Shown here in pieces: positions 27,813 through 45,228 of a stretch of DNA of 64,000 nt. Both the position numbers and the translations under genes were made by a program. This stretch comes from the human T2T-CHM13v2.0 reference genome, Homo sapiens. The notes below the pieces were generated by a model. That model saw only the letters and a program-made list of their open reading frames with translations, had not been told where the DNA came from and searched no databases. The stretch lies in NCBI RefSeq assembly GCF_009914755.1, contig NC_060929.1; one strand, written 5' to 3'. Numbering within the stretch: the stretch's first letter is position 1; each line of letters begins with the position of its first letter.

Positions 27813-30800
27813 CTTGTCTTTTTAATAACAGCCATTCTAACTGGGTGAGATGATATCTCATTGTGGTTTTCATTTGCATTTCCCTGATGATTAATGATGT
27901 TGAGCATTTTTTCATATACCTGTTGGACATTTGTATGACTTCTTTTGAGAAATGTCTATTCATGTCCTTTGCCCACTTTTCAATGGGGATTATATGGTTT
28001 TTGGTTTTTACTATTGAGCTGTTTGAGTTTCTTGTATGTGTTGGACATTAGTTTCCTCTCAGATGCATAGTTTGCAAATATTTTATCCCATCCAACAGGT
28101 TGTCTCTTCACTGTTGATTGTTTCTGTTGCTATGCAGAAGCTTTTCATAATAGTTTAATATAGTTCTATTTGTCTATGTTTTAGTTGTCTGTGCTTTTGA
28201 AGTCTTAGCTATAAAATCTTTGCCTAGACCAATGTCTTGAGGTGTTTGCTCTATGTTTTCTTCCAGTAGTTTTATAGTTTTAGGCCTTATGTTTAAGTCT
28301 TTAATCCATCTTGAGTTGACTTTTGTATATAATAAGAAACAGGAGTCCAGTTTGATTCTTCTGCATGTGGATATCCAGTTTTCTTAGTACCATTTATTGA
28401 AGAGGGTGTCCTTTCCCCAGTGCATGTTTCTGGCACCCTTGTCAAAAATTAGTTGGTTATAAATATGTGGATTTATTTCTGGATTCTCTATTCTGTTACA
28501 TTGGTGTATATGTCTGTTTTTATACCAATACCATGCTGTTCTGATTAATAGAGCTTTGCAATATATTTTTGAGTCAGGTAGTGTGATGGCTCCAGCTTTG
28601 TTCTTTTTCCCTCAAGATCGCTTTGGCTATTCAGGCTCTTTTCTGGTTCCATATGAATTTTAGGATTTTTTTTCTATTTCTGTGAAAAATGACATTGCTA
28701 TTTTGATACGGATTGCATTGAATCTGAAGATTTCTTTAGACAGTATGGTTATTTTAATTATAGTAATTCTTCCAATCCATAACTGTGGGATGTCTTTCCA
28801 CTTGTTTATATCCTCATCCATTTCTTTCATCAGTGTTTTGTAGTTTTCCCTGTAGAGGTCTTTCACCTCCTTGGTTAAATTTATTCCTGCCTTTGTTTTG
28901 TTTTGTTTTTAGCTACTGTAAATGGAATTGCCTTCTTGATTTCTTTCTCAGCTAGTTCTGGTGCTTTACATGCTCAGAGAAACTTCTCTAGTAATAAACT
29001 AAGAAATGATCTCTGAAAATATAGTCTTTCAAGGCTCAATCTTTAAAAGTCATCCTCAGTCTTAAGCAAACTGGCATTCTCATAAATTGCTATTAGGGCT
29101 TGTTAAGCACTTGTGGAGGACGTTTTGTCCTTAAGTTGTTAAGCCCTTGTGGAGGATGTTTTGACATTATCTATAAAATTAAAAATGGAAAAGTCTTTGA
29201 TCTAGCAACTCTACTTCTAGAAATTATCCAATGAATATATTCAGGCACATGAAATGATAAATGTTCATTATTCACTACAGCATAATTATAATAGGAAAAG
29301 ACCAAAACCGACCTAAATGATCACCAATAGGGGACTCAAGTGATTATATTGCATCCATACATGAAATACTACATAACTTTAAAAAAAATGAGAAAGCTCT
29401 TTATGTACTGAGGTAGAAATCTCTCCAATGTACACTATATGAAAAAAGTAGTGTACAGAACAGGGAAACAGAATGTTACCATTTGTGCACTAAAAGGGGA
29501 AAGAACATATAATCAAATTGGTTCTTAATGCATTTTTTAAAAATCTCTAGGATACACAGGAAACATAACAATGACTACCTGTTAAGAAGGAGAATTTCGG
29601 TATGGGGGCAGAGGTGGGAGGAAGGCTTTCTACTATAGACTCTTTTATATTTTAATTGTTAACCATTCTACCCTCTCCAAATTGTTGAGTCAACTTTTAC
29701 CTCCTAATGAGCTGCCAAAAATGCTACTGATTGAACCAGCCCTAAATAAAATGATGAAGATTGTCCTTGGGATCCTCGTCTGACCTGGACAGTTTTCTGC
29801 TTCTGCTGTGTTAGCACACATTCTGTCTGCTCCTTACTGTTGTCTGCCCTAAATTCTCAAAGCCTTCACCACTGACCTTCTCCCTACCACTCCACATGCC
29901 CAAGGATTCTCACCATAAATCACTTCTCTGCCAGATTTCCCAAAGCAGGGGTTACATACACTCTTTATTCATTAGTAGTGGGTATTTTGTTGTTGTTTCC
30001 CTCTGGGAGTGGTGTGTGGTGGAAGTTGCCCAATATCAAATCCTCTTCCTATTTAGAGGAATCCATTTTGTGTACAGTCTTGTGAGAGGCTTTGCTCTAC
30101 GGGACCAAAAGGGACAGATCCTTTGTTTCTGTACTCCCTGAAGGGCAGAGCTGCTTAGAACTCTGGAGTTTGGGAGAATGACCCAAAGACAAAGGCTCAG
30201 ATAGGACTGGTTGATGGAGGAATGCATGAGGATGGCAGTATCCACAGACACAGCAGCTGGCTGGCCAGATTGTTAAGGCTGCCTAGTCTCTAGGGCCCTC
30301 GTGGTTCCTGCCCATTTTCTAAGCCTGTTCCTTGGGCCTCCTGTCATTTCTGTGAGTCTCCATTATCTGTCAAATAACCCTTTGTGCTTAAAAAAAATAT
30401 GATAGGTAAAAAAACTTTGACTGATAGACTTTATACCTATACCTTTATACCTATATCATGGAAGGATATAGGTAAATAAAATACAAATGTGATTACTGTT
30501 CTCAAGAAGACTGGCATCTAATTTTGGAAATATAAAGAATGAAAAAAAAGTGTGCATGTATATGTTAAGAAATGGTATGGTCAAAGAACAAAGAAAGAAG
30601 TCAATGATTTGGAGCAGTTAGGGAAAGCTAGAAGATGTGGCCCTCCCAAGCAGAATTTGCCTTTTATACCTTCCAAGCAGAATTCATCCCTCTTTACAAC
30701 TACCCTTTTTTATCTGCTATCAAAATTAGCTGTTTACACACCAATCTTTTGCATAGTCTATGAGTTCCTCGAAGACAGAGATTATACGAGCCTAACTAGT

Positions 30801-31103
30801 GCCAGAAAACCTCATCCATCCATTCATTTAACGCATGGAGCCAGAAACTGGTCATAAGGTGTCTGATAAGCTGATTGCAAGGTATTGGGATGAGGGTAAG
30901 AGGTGAGAAAAGGAGAGGTAGGGTAAGAAAAGAAAAAAGGCTTCCTACAGGGGAGGAAAGAAAGTTGGGAAAATAGAGTGCAGACATTATTTAGTGCATT
31001 GAACACCATGCTAAATATCAGGAAAGATGGCCAACTCAAATGGATACAGGAACAAACAGGAAGTGTAAATGACTGGAGTGGCTGAGCTAGATAAATGTAA
31101 TAG

Positions 31104-31408
31104 AGGCTGGGTGTGGTGGCTGTAATCCCAGCACTTTGAGAGGCCAAGGAGGGAGGATCACTTGAGGCCAGGAGTTCAAGACCAGCCTGAGCAACACAGT
31201 AAGACCCTGTCTCTACAAACAATGAAAAAATTATCCAGGTGTGGTAGCACACACCAGTAGTCCCAGCTACTCAGGAGGCTGAGGAGGGATGATCACTTGA
31301 GACCAGGAGTTTGAGGCTGCACCAAGCCATGATTGTGCCACTGCATTCCAGCCTACATGGAAGAGTGAGACCCTGTCACAAAGAAAAGAAAAGAAAAAGA
31401 AAAGAAAG
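31104..31408 (+). mobile_element. AluJ
   Basis: Diverged dimer, GAGTTTGAGGCTGCA, (GAAAA)n tail. Confidence 0.85.
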
Positions 31409-32514
31409 TTTAAAAAAAGCAATGGGATATCATGAGGCTTGGGGTGAGGTCATGCCTTGCCCCAAAGCATTCAATGAAAAAGAAAAAAAAAAAAAAAAAG
31501 CACTTTGCCAGTAACTCAAGATAAGTTTGCAGGTCACATACTACCAAACTGTGACTTCTGTGGGAAGGCCATGGAGAAGTTTTTGAGTAAGACACAAACA
31601 GGATTAGAAGGATAGATTAAGAAGACAAACCAAGCAGTAGTACACATGGAGAGAAAAGCAAAAAGCTCAGGAGGATGAGCAAAAAACAATAAGGCTCTGA
31701 ATTAGGATAAGAGTAATATTATCAAACTATTATTAGATATTAGATCAAACTATTATTAGATAAAAAGTTCATATGGAACTGAACAATGAAGGTAAGGCTA
31801 TCAACACTTGAACCCACTGATCAATTGTAGCATCACTAAAATGAGGAAATAGAGGAAGGTGTGATAGATGCTACAAAGAAAACTTCCACAGGACTTAAGT
31901 TATTAGATGTGAGACAGAAGAAGAAGGGAGAATAGAAATTAATGACTATTTCCATATTTTAAGCCTGGTAGCTAGATGAACAATGAGGACACTGAAAGAT
32001 ACAGGGAAAGCAAGAGGTAGAACGAGTTTTCAAGAGGGTCACTAGAAGCAGCTGGGTGCAGTGATAAGAACATCAAATTGGATAGGCATTCTGCCAGGTC
32101 TACTGCTACTTACCTTGAGTAAACACAACCTCTGGACCCTGTGTCCTCCTCTAGTTTAATCTAGATCCTCTGTATGATTCTTCTAGATATGTCATTCCAA
32201 GATAAGTGTGGTTTAAACACATTTAAGGTGTCTCAGGATAATGAAGAGGGGGAAATATTCCCTATGGATTTTTTAAATGATGTAAATTTCTTTAATAATA
32301 TACACATACATGTGGAAAATATATAAAATAACTTTTAAAGTATATGCTTATCTTTAAGTAGCATATAAGTGGATTTTAAAATACTTTTTGCTGACTTTGT
32401 ATACATTTTAAGTTTTCAAATAATTGCCTATATTTATATTCTCTAATTCTACTCCTTCCATTCTCATTTAAATGTACTCCAATCAGGCTTTTGCCCACAT
32501 GAAACTTTATAGAA

Positions 32515-32862
32515 CTACTTTTTTATGTGGTAAAATATGCATAAAATAAAATTTACCACCTTATGTATTTTTAAGCATACAGTTCAATGGCAGCCATCCA
32601 CAACCTCTTTTCTCTTGCAAAATTGAAACTCACCCATTAAACAATAACTCCCGATTCTCCCCCTACAAACCCTGGCAATCACTATTCTACTTTCTGTCTC
32701 TATAAATTTGACTGCTCCAGGTACTTAATGTAAGTGGAATCATACAGTATTTATCCTTTTGAGATGACCTATTTCATACAGCAGAATGTCCTCAAGGTTC
32801 ATCTATGTTGTAGCATGTGTCAGAATTTCCTTCTTTTTAAGGCCGAATAATATTCCATTGTA
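32515..32862 (-). mobile_element. L1MB-type 3' end fragment
   Basis: GTGGTAAAATATGCATAAAATAAAATTTACC...AAGTGGAATCATACAGTATTT. Confidence 0.75.
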
Positions 32863-33348
32863 AAATGTTGATAGGGAATTGTTACATTGGAGATCAAGCT
32901 GTTACCACTTCAACATTAGATCCCTGGAAGTAGGAAAAGCAAACATTACATGCCTCCTGATGTGAATCTATGAAGTATTCATGCCCAAAAACATTGGGCC
33001 TAATTCTGATTAAGCCTGTAGAGGCTTCAGTACCTAACAGTTACTATGTCCCATGTAGATATTTAAATTTAAAAAGTAAAATAAAAAAACCAGCTTCTTC
33101 ATCACAACAGCCACATTTCAAGTACCTAAAAGCCACATGTAGTCATTAGATAGTGCATATACAGAACATTTCCATCACTGCAAAAGTTTTATTGGATGGT
33201 GCTCTTCTGTACCTAATTCCATTTAAAAGAAATGTGGAGGTTACAGATTTCGCAAGAAGGCCAAATAGGAACGGCTCTGGTCTACAGCTCCCAGCGTGAG
33301 TGACGCAGAAGATGGGTGATTTCTGCATTTCCATCTGAGGTACCGGGT

Positions 33349-33693
33349 TCATCTCACTAGGGAGTGCCAGACAGTGGGCGCAGGACAGGGGTGCAGTGCA
33401 CCGTGCGCAAGCCGAAGCAGGGCGAGGCATTGCCTCACTCGGGAAGCACAAGGGGACAGGGAGTTCCCTTTCCTAGTCAAAGAAAGGGGTGACAGACGGC
33501 ACCTGGAAAATCGGGTCACTCCCACCCGAATACTGCGCTTTTCCGACGGGCTTAAAAAACGGCGCACCGGGAGATTATATCCCGCACCTGGCTCGGAGGG
33601 TCCTATGCCCACGGAGTCTCGCTGATTGCTAGCACAGCAGTCTGAGATCAAACTGCAAGGCAGCAGCGAGGCTGGGGGAGGGGCACCCGACAT
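33349..33693 (-). CDS. LINE-1 antisense ORF0 (114 codons, uninterrupted)
   Basis: MSGAPPPASLLPCSLISDCCASNQRDSVGIGPSEPG... within ORF-track 33349..33762; ATG at 33693; expression not shown. Confidence 0.7.
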   Translation of the reverse strand: MSGAPPPASLLPCSLISDCCASNQRDSVGIGPSEPGAGYNLPVRRFLSPSEKRSIRVGVTRFSRCRLSPLSLTRKGNSLSPCASRVRQCLALLRLAHGALHPCPAPTVWHSLVR

Positions 33694-34276
33694 TGCCCAG
33701 GCTTGCTTAGGTAAACAAAGCAGCTGGGAAGCTCCAACTGGGTGGAGCCCACCACAGCACAAGGAGGCCTGCCTGCATCTGTAGGCTCCACCTCTGGGGG
33801 CAGGGCACAGACAAACAAAAAGACAGCAGTAACCTCTGCAGACTTAAATGTCCCTATCTGACAGCTTTGAAGAGAGCAGTGGTTCTCCCAGCACGCAGCT
33901 GGAGATCTGAGAACGGGCAGACTGCCTCCTCAAGTGGGTCCCCGACCCCTGACCCCTGAGCAGCCTAACTGGGAGGCACCCCCCAGTAGGGGCAGACTGA
34001 CACCTCACACGGCCAGGTACTCCTCTGAGACAAAACTTCCAGAGGAACGACTGGACAGCAGCATTCACAGTTCACGAAAATCCGCTGTTCTGCAGCCACT
34101 GCTGCTGATACCCAGGCAAACAGGGTCTGGAGTGGACCTCTAGCAAACTCCAACAGACCTACAGCTGACAGTCCTGTCTGTTAGAAGGAAAACTAACAAA
34201 CAGAAAGGACATCCACACCAAAAACCCATCTGTACATCACCATCATCAAAGACCAAAAGTAGATAAAACCACAAAG

Positions 34277-35291
34277 ATGGGGAAAAAACAGAGCAGAAAA
34301 ACTGGAAACTCTAAAAAGCAGAGCGCCTCTCCTCCTCCAAAGGAACACAGTTCCTCACCAGCAACGGAACAAAGCTGGACGGAGAATGACTTTGACGAGT
34401 TGAGAGAAGAAGGCTTCAGACAATCAAACTACTCTGAGCTACAGGAGGAAATTCAAACCAAAGGCAAAGAAGTTAAAAACTTTGAAAAAAATTTAGACGA
34501 ATGTATAACTAGAATAACCAATACAGAGAAGTGCTTAAAGGAGCTGATGGAGCTGAAAGCCAAGGCTCGAGAACTACGTGAAGAATGCAGAAGCCTCAGG
34601 AGCCGATGCGATCAACTGGAAGAAAGGGTATCAGTGATGGAAGATGAAATGAATGAAATGAAGTGAGAAGGGAAGTTTAGAGAAAAAAGAATAAAAAGAA
34701 ATGAACAAAGCCTCCAAGAAATATGGGACTATGTGAAAAGACCAAATCTATGTCTGATTGCTGTACCTGAAAGTTATGGGGAGAATGGAACCAAGTTGGA
34801 AAACACTGCAGGATATTATACAGGAGAACTTCCCCAATCTAGCAAGGCAGGCCAATGTTCAGATTCAGGAAATACAGAGAACACCACAAAGATATTCCTC
34901 AAGAAGAGCAACTCCAAGACACATAATTGTCAGATTCACCAAACTTGAAATGAAGGAAAAAATGTTAAGGGCAGCCAGAGAGAAAGGTCGGGTTACCCAC
35001 AAAGGGAAGCCCGTCAGACTAACAGCTGATCTCTCAGCAGAAACTCTACAAGCCAGAAGAGAGTGGGGGCCAATATTCAACATTCTTAAAGAAAAGAATT
35101 TTCAACCCAGAATTTCATATCCAGCCAAACTAAGCTTCATAAGTGAAGGAGAAATAAAATACTTTACAGACAAGCAAATGCTGAGAGATTTTGTCACCAC
35201 CAGGCCTGCCCTAAAAGAGCTCCTGAAGGAAGCACTAAACATGGAAAGGAACAACCAGTACAAGCTGCTGCAAAATCATGCCAAAATGTAA
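34277..35291 (+). pseudogene. L1 ORF1p, disrupted
   Basis: MGKKQSRKTGNSK...; premature TGA at 34664-34666 and frameshift near 34808. Confidence 0.93.
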
Positions 35292-35327
35292 AGACCATCA
35301 AGACTAGGAAGAAACTGCATCAACTAA

Positions 35328-39168
<3,841 letters not shown>

Positions 39169-40243
39169 ACAATGAGAACACATGGACACAGGAAGGGGAA
39201 CATCACACTCTGGGGACTGTTGTGGGGTGGGGGGGGAGGGGGGAGGGATAGCATTAGGAGATATACCTAATGCTTAATGACGCGTTAATGGGTGCAGCAC
39301 ACCAGCATGGCACATGTATACATATGTAACTAACCTGCACATTGTGCACATGTACCCTAAAACTTAAAGTATAATAATAATAAAATAAAAAAAAAAGAAA
39401 TGTGGAGGAGAAGGGGATAAAGGAACAAGTTAAATGACACCAGAAAGAAGTGAACAGAAAAGTTCAGAAAACAGGGCATTCTACAGAAAAATAAGTACAT
39501 GGCAGGAGGAAGAGGGAAGAGAGAAGGAAACTATGCTAGATTTTAAAAGACATAATCTATGAAATGTCCAGAAAGTAAAATTTATACAAATAGAAAGAAG
39601 ATCAGTGGCTGCCTGAGGCTGAAAGTGGGAGCAGGGATTGACTGCAAATGGGTTGGAGGAAATTTTGAAGGGTGAAGGTAATGTTCTAAAACTGGATTAT
39701 GATGATAGTTGCCCAACTCTACAAGTTTATTAATGTCACTGAATTGTCTAAAAAAGAAAAAAAGTCTTAAGACCACTCTGTTGTATGGACCTTGTTTGGA
39801 CCTGACTCAAACTAACTCTAAAGACATTTTTGAAATAGTCAAATAAATTTGGTTATGGATTAAATACTAAAAATATATCATTTATTTTATTGGGTGCAAA
39901 TGGCATATATGTCCATATTTTTAAAGATGTTTATTAAAATATTTATAATGTCTGAGATATGCTTTAATATACTACAACAGATTTTTTAAAATGGGAAAAA
40001 GAATGAATTAAGTAAATAGGATAAAATCTTGACAATTATTGAATCTAGGTGATGGATAAATGGTAGTTCATTGTACTATTTTTTCTACATTTGAATATGT
40101 TTGAAGTATTTTATAATTTAAAAAATTGATGGTTACTATAATAGCCTCTCATGGTCAATACCATAAACCAAGGCAATAATGAGTTTGTGTGATTTTCCAA
40201 TATTGCCAGCAACTAAGACACCAGGTTATCATTCTAAATCTCA

Positions 40244-40609
<366 letters not shown>

Positions 40610-41694
40610 AAAATTACTGCAAGTCTCCAAAGTAAAATTAAATTGCTTACCTTTAAGTCATCATTTGAAACTTCAAAACTTTATATAAACCCACTCTGTC
40701 TTTTTTTTTTTTAGGTGGGGGAAATTGGGGTGGGATAGAAGGTATATGTATATATTTTTTTCTACCAACTCAATTTAGTCTCTCCTCATTGCATACTTTA
40801 TACCACACAGGTCACGAAATAAATCCATCAGCATTCTCAGTAACTAGCCTGTGATAAATATGCCTGGCACCAATGCAATGTATTTAAGCCCTTTCAACAG
40901 CTTTTTCTTTGTGCACATGGAAAGCCTGCAGATTTCCATGCACATCTGCATACAGAATCCACAACCATGATCTGCATTATAATTAATGTAGCAGCACATC
41001 TGACCAGGTCCACAGAGTCTTGATGTATAACCAGTTTTGAGATCTGCAGGGAACTAAGGATGCCCTGGGGAGAAAGTGAGGCTAATTTCAGATCAGGCAC
41101 TGGACAAGCTGTAAGTGGTAAGACACTTGCTCTCCTGAAACAGCTATGACATCGCTGGAGAAAATCTTAGTGTGCATGTATGTGTGTGTGTTGCATACAC
41201 ATACATTTACTTCAAGTCGTAGTTTCTCTCCTCTTGCACTCCTTACCACATCCCTCATATACCTACTCTAAATGACCAAGCCACAGCCCAAACATTTACA
41301 TACAGATACATTAAAACCTTAGATAAAAAGCCTTCTTTGGTTACCACTGATGGAAAATCACCGAAGCATGGATTCTAGTAGTGGTGTATAGCAAGCACAG
41401 AAATATCAGACCTAAACTACACACCCCTCTCATTCTATTCCCTTGGTAGTTAAGACTTTCTTCTTCTTCCCCATCCTATCCCATTAAAAATGTTTTTACA
41501 TTAAAATCTAGATAGAAATCTCAGGACTAGGCCAAGTTCCTACTTACATGCATTTCTTCAACGGCCTTCAGGGACACTCACTGTCCATGTCCATTGCTCC
41601 ATTCCACAGCTAAAGCACAGAATGGGGGCCCATGAAACTCAGCACGAAGCAGGGCAACTTTATTCTGTATCTTTTTAGCCTAGAATGCTGAGTC

Positions 41695-41871
41695 AGCACT
41701 GTCCAATAAAGCTTTTTGTGATGATATCCAATATAATAGCCACAAGCCACATGTGGGTTTTGAGCACTGAAAATGTGGCTATTGTGACTGAGGAAGAGAA
41801 CTATTGATTTTATCTAACTTAAATTTAAATAGCCACATGGTGCTGGTGGCTACCATATTGGACAATGTTGC
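41695..41871. mobile_element. MER3-like hAT-Charlie MITE
   Basis: CAGCACTGTCCAATA ... ATATTGGACAATGTTG inverted ends, AGCCACATGTG core. Confidence 0.75.
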
Positions 41872-42940
41872 AGTAAGTGAAAGACTTCCATTTGTTGTGT
41901 TTTCACTTAGGAGACTTGTTATATACAAAACATTCTTTAAAATAATTTTCTGTCTCTCTCATCTACACACATACACACACACACACAGATGCATTAAATC
42001 TTAATAGTGCTTAACTCTGGGCAAGCATCTATAGAATCAGACATTCAAATATATTTTGAGTGAATAAATATGTTTATATTCAACAATTTTTAAAATAAAC
42101 AGGTAATATTTAAAAATCAGAGAAAGCTATAAACAAATATCATAGTCATTAAAACTAGGCATATGAAGATATATACCGATATGGGAAATAAACAGAAGCA
42201 AAATGCAAAACAAAACACAAAATACCATCTACGTTTTTGGTCATAAGTACTAAAATATTAGGTAGGTACGTGTCAAAGGATTGAAAGGGAACATAACCCA
42301 TGAAAATAACCAGATGGAGCAACAGGTTATAAATGGATTTTGAACATTTGTATATAAGTAAAGTTTTAGAAAAAATAAACAAAGGTTGAAAGGCAATGCA
42401 ATTTAAAGGACTGAGTGTAGGAATAGTCTCATAAAACTTGAATGTTGCAAGCAAATAACTACCCATATGAGTGGCAACTTGAGGGCTGAGGATATGGAGG
42501 CTGAAAGAATTCCAGTCATGGGCTGCAGAGGGAGATGTAACTAGAACTGAGAAATCGATGACTTAAGAAAAAGAAGGGAAAAGAAAGCTTGTAAATGAGA
42601 ATAAGAGAGCTAATGAGGAATAATGTTAATTTTCAGTCAGTAAAAGACTTAACATTGTTCCAAGGCCATTGGCTGAGAGGCCAGAAAGGCTCAACATTGC
42701 TTTCCAGATGTGACTCGTTCCTGAGGTTAGCATCAATCACACTTAATTCCCCTGGACATGTGAAGCAATGGAAACAATGGTTCTCAAACTATAAAATGAG
42801 ATTCCTACGCCCCATTCCCAGGGCCTGAGAAATACTGATTTAAAAGAATAACTTGCTCTAAATGTCTGGCATAGGAAAAACTGTATGAACACTCTGATGC
42901 TCTTTATGGATAAAATCTGTCTTCTATTTAATAAAGATGA

Positions 42941-43252
<312 letters not shown>

Positions 43253-45057
43253 AAACACGTTTTTTGATGACTTGGGGAACTTTAGTGCCTGTGACCATAG
43301 CCCCTTATTGTTTCACAGAATTTAACAAAGAAGGGGGACCAGAAAAGCTATCTTTGAACATGTGAGGACCTGTCAAGCAATAAAGGTTGAAGACTTGCTT
43401 TGTGGGACATCAAGGATAAGCCAGAAGGGGGATGGTTTCAGTGTGATATAACGACGTTTTAGAAGAAATGGGATCCCATAGAAGGTGGTGGGCATCCTGT
43501 CCATAAGCTATGCTAAATGACAATTTGGTCTATAATTTGTGTGAAGAATTTAACCAGCAACACTAAGATTAGATGACCAGTAACCTCCCTTTCTACACCT
43601 TGATACAGCCTACCTGACACTAGTAGAATTTACTACTGCTACAAAATAGAACTCAAAGTTCATTTGAAAGTATTTTATTTTACATATAACTGCTTCATGG
43701 TCATTGTTTCACGGTGATTACATAAGCAGCTCACATCAATATGATTTTTACTTTTACATGGAAAATCATTTGTTTCCTCTCTCACTTTTCTGGTACCTAA
43801 AGTCAAAGTCGATATTGCATTTCCCTCACAGCATTCCAGGATCATTTATTCAACAAATAATTTTTTGCCATCTAATAAGTGTCAGGTACCACGCATTCAG
43901 GCCAGAAAATAGCTAAACTAATCATCAATACACACAAATTAAGAAACAAAAGTCCTGAATCTGATTCTCCCCACACTCAGGTTTCATTGTCTCAACCTAT
44001 CCCTGTGTTCCAGGGCAGACTTTCCTGTATTACACCCCTAGAGACCCCCCAATTTTCCCTCTTACCCTCACCCCCATTATCTGAAAGGTGCTTGAGCAAC
44101 GTGTCCAGCTGCTGCTTCTCCCCAGACCTGACCCCAAGTCCAGGTGTCTCTGATGCAGTGGAGATTGGGGGCCAGGAGGATGAGGACTACCTGTCTAGAG
44201 GGAACAACAGGATTACCATAGGGAAGGAAGAAGAAAACTCAGGGCAGGATATTACACAGTAAGAATGAACCCTGGGAATTTTAAAGCAGAGGACTAGAGC
44301 TAGGAAAGGAAAAGGGGTGTTTTTTGTTTTTTTGTTTTTTTAACAAGGGTTAGATAGTCTTACTGGAAAGCCAGGAAACAGAGGTGACTTCGGAGCCCAG
44401 GGCTTCGCATAGGAGAAGTCAGCAATGCCAAAAGGTGCCTCTGTATACTTAGCAGCTGTGAGGCAATCAATCCCTCGGGGAACCTGTAGGCCATCACTCT
44501 AGTAAAGATGATGTTTAAAGAGGGGACACTAAGGGAAGAGGAAATTACTACTGGTACTTTTTTTCCTATCTTATTGTGAAATATGTCCAAGAAATAAGCA
44601 TATATATATGCTATATATATAATATACAGTGTAAATAATAAGAAACAAATACCCGTGTTCCCACCTACCAAAGAAAGAATATTTTCTTCACCCCTTTTGC
44701 TCCAGCTCCTTGAGCATTCCCAAACAATTAAAGTAGATTCTTCTCAGGTGTGGTATAATTTCCTGAAACTGCAGAATGCCTCTGTGCAAACTCTACCCAC
44801 AACATCACCCTTACTTGCCTCCTACTGCTTAAAAGTTCTTTTAATGAATTAAGATAAAAATATTCTTTCTATACTAAAATTAAAGAGTTTAAAATAGAAA
44901 GTTAGCATATTGCTGTAAGTCTCTTTAGTCAAAATGTAAATGATCCCAGCTAATTTCCTGTTTTAATAGGGGAAAAGAATTTGAAAGATAAGGTCCTATG
45001 ACCCTGAAAATATTGGGGGATGAAGAAAGCTGAAGTCCCAACAAAAACTTCACATAC

Positions 45058-45195
45058 CTCACCAGTTTCCCCTGGACTTGAACAATTAGCTTCATGCATA
45101 CATAAAGAGAGGTTAGGAGCAGAGATACTTCCTGGTCTGTGTACCTGCGCTCACCTGAGCAACCACTAGGCTGCCCATTCTTTTCATTCTCCCTT
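45058..45195 (-). other. Candidate short first exon (ATG 45099, 14 codons MHEANCSSPGETGE, donor GAG|GTATGT); possibly a distal first exon of neighbouring WDR41
   Basis: ATG and phase-0 donor seen directly; X-box just upstream; 5' boundary approximate; WDR41 link is recollection and inference only. Confidence 0.45.
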
Positions 45196-45214
45196 GTGGT
45201 CACAAACACCTGGT

Positions 45215-45228
45215 GTTGCCTTGGCAAC
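45215..45228. promoter_or_regulatory. RFX X-box
   Basis: GTTGCCTTGGCAAC, 13/14 match to the palindromic X-box GTTGCCATGGCAAC. Confidence 0.7.

Noticed and set aside
31721-31763. ATCAAACTATTATTAGATA direct repeat
   Set aside because: Simple local slippage duplication with no further structure
44925-45227. 100-aa minus ORF over the X-box region
   Set aside because: Non-ATG start within the X-box, no domain; the donor-terminated 14-codon frame explains the region better
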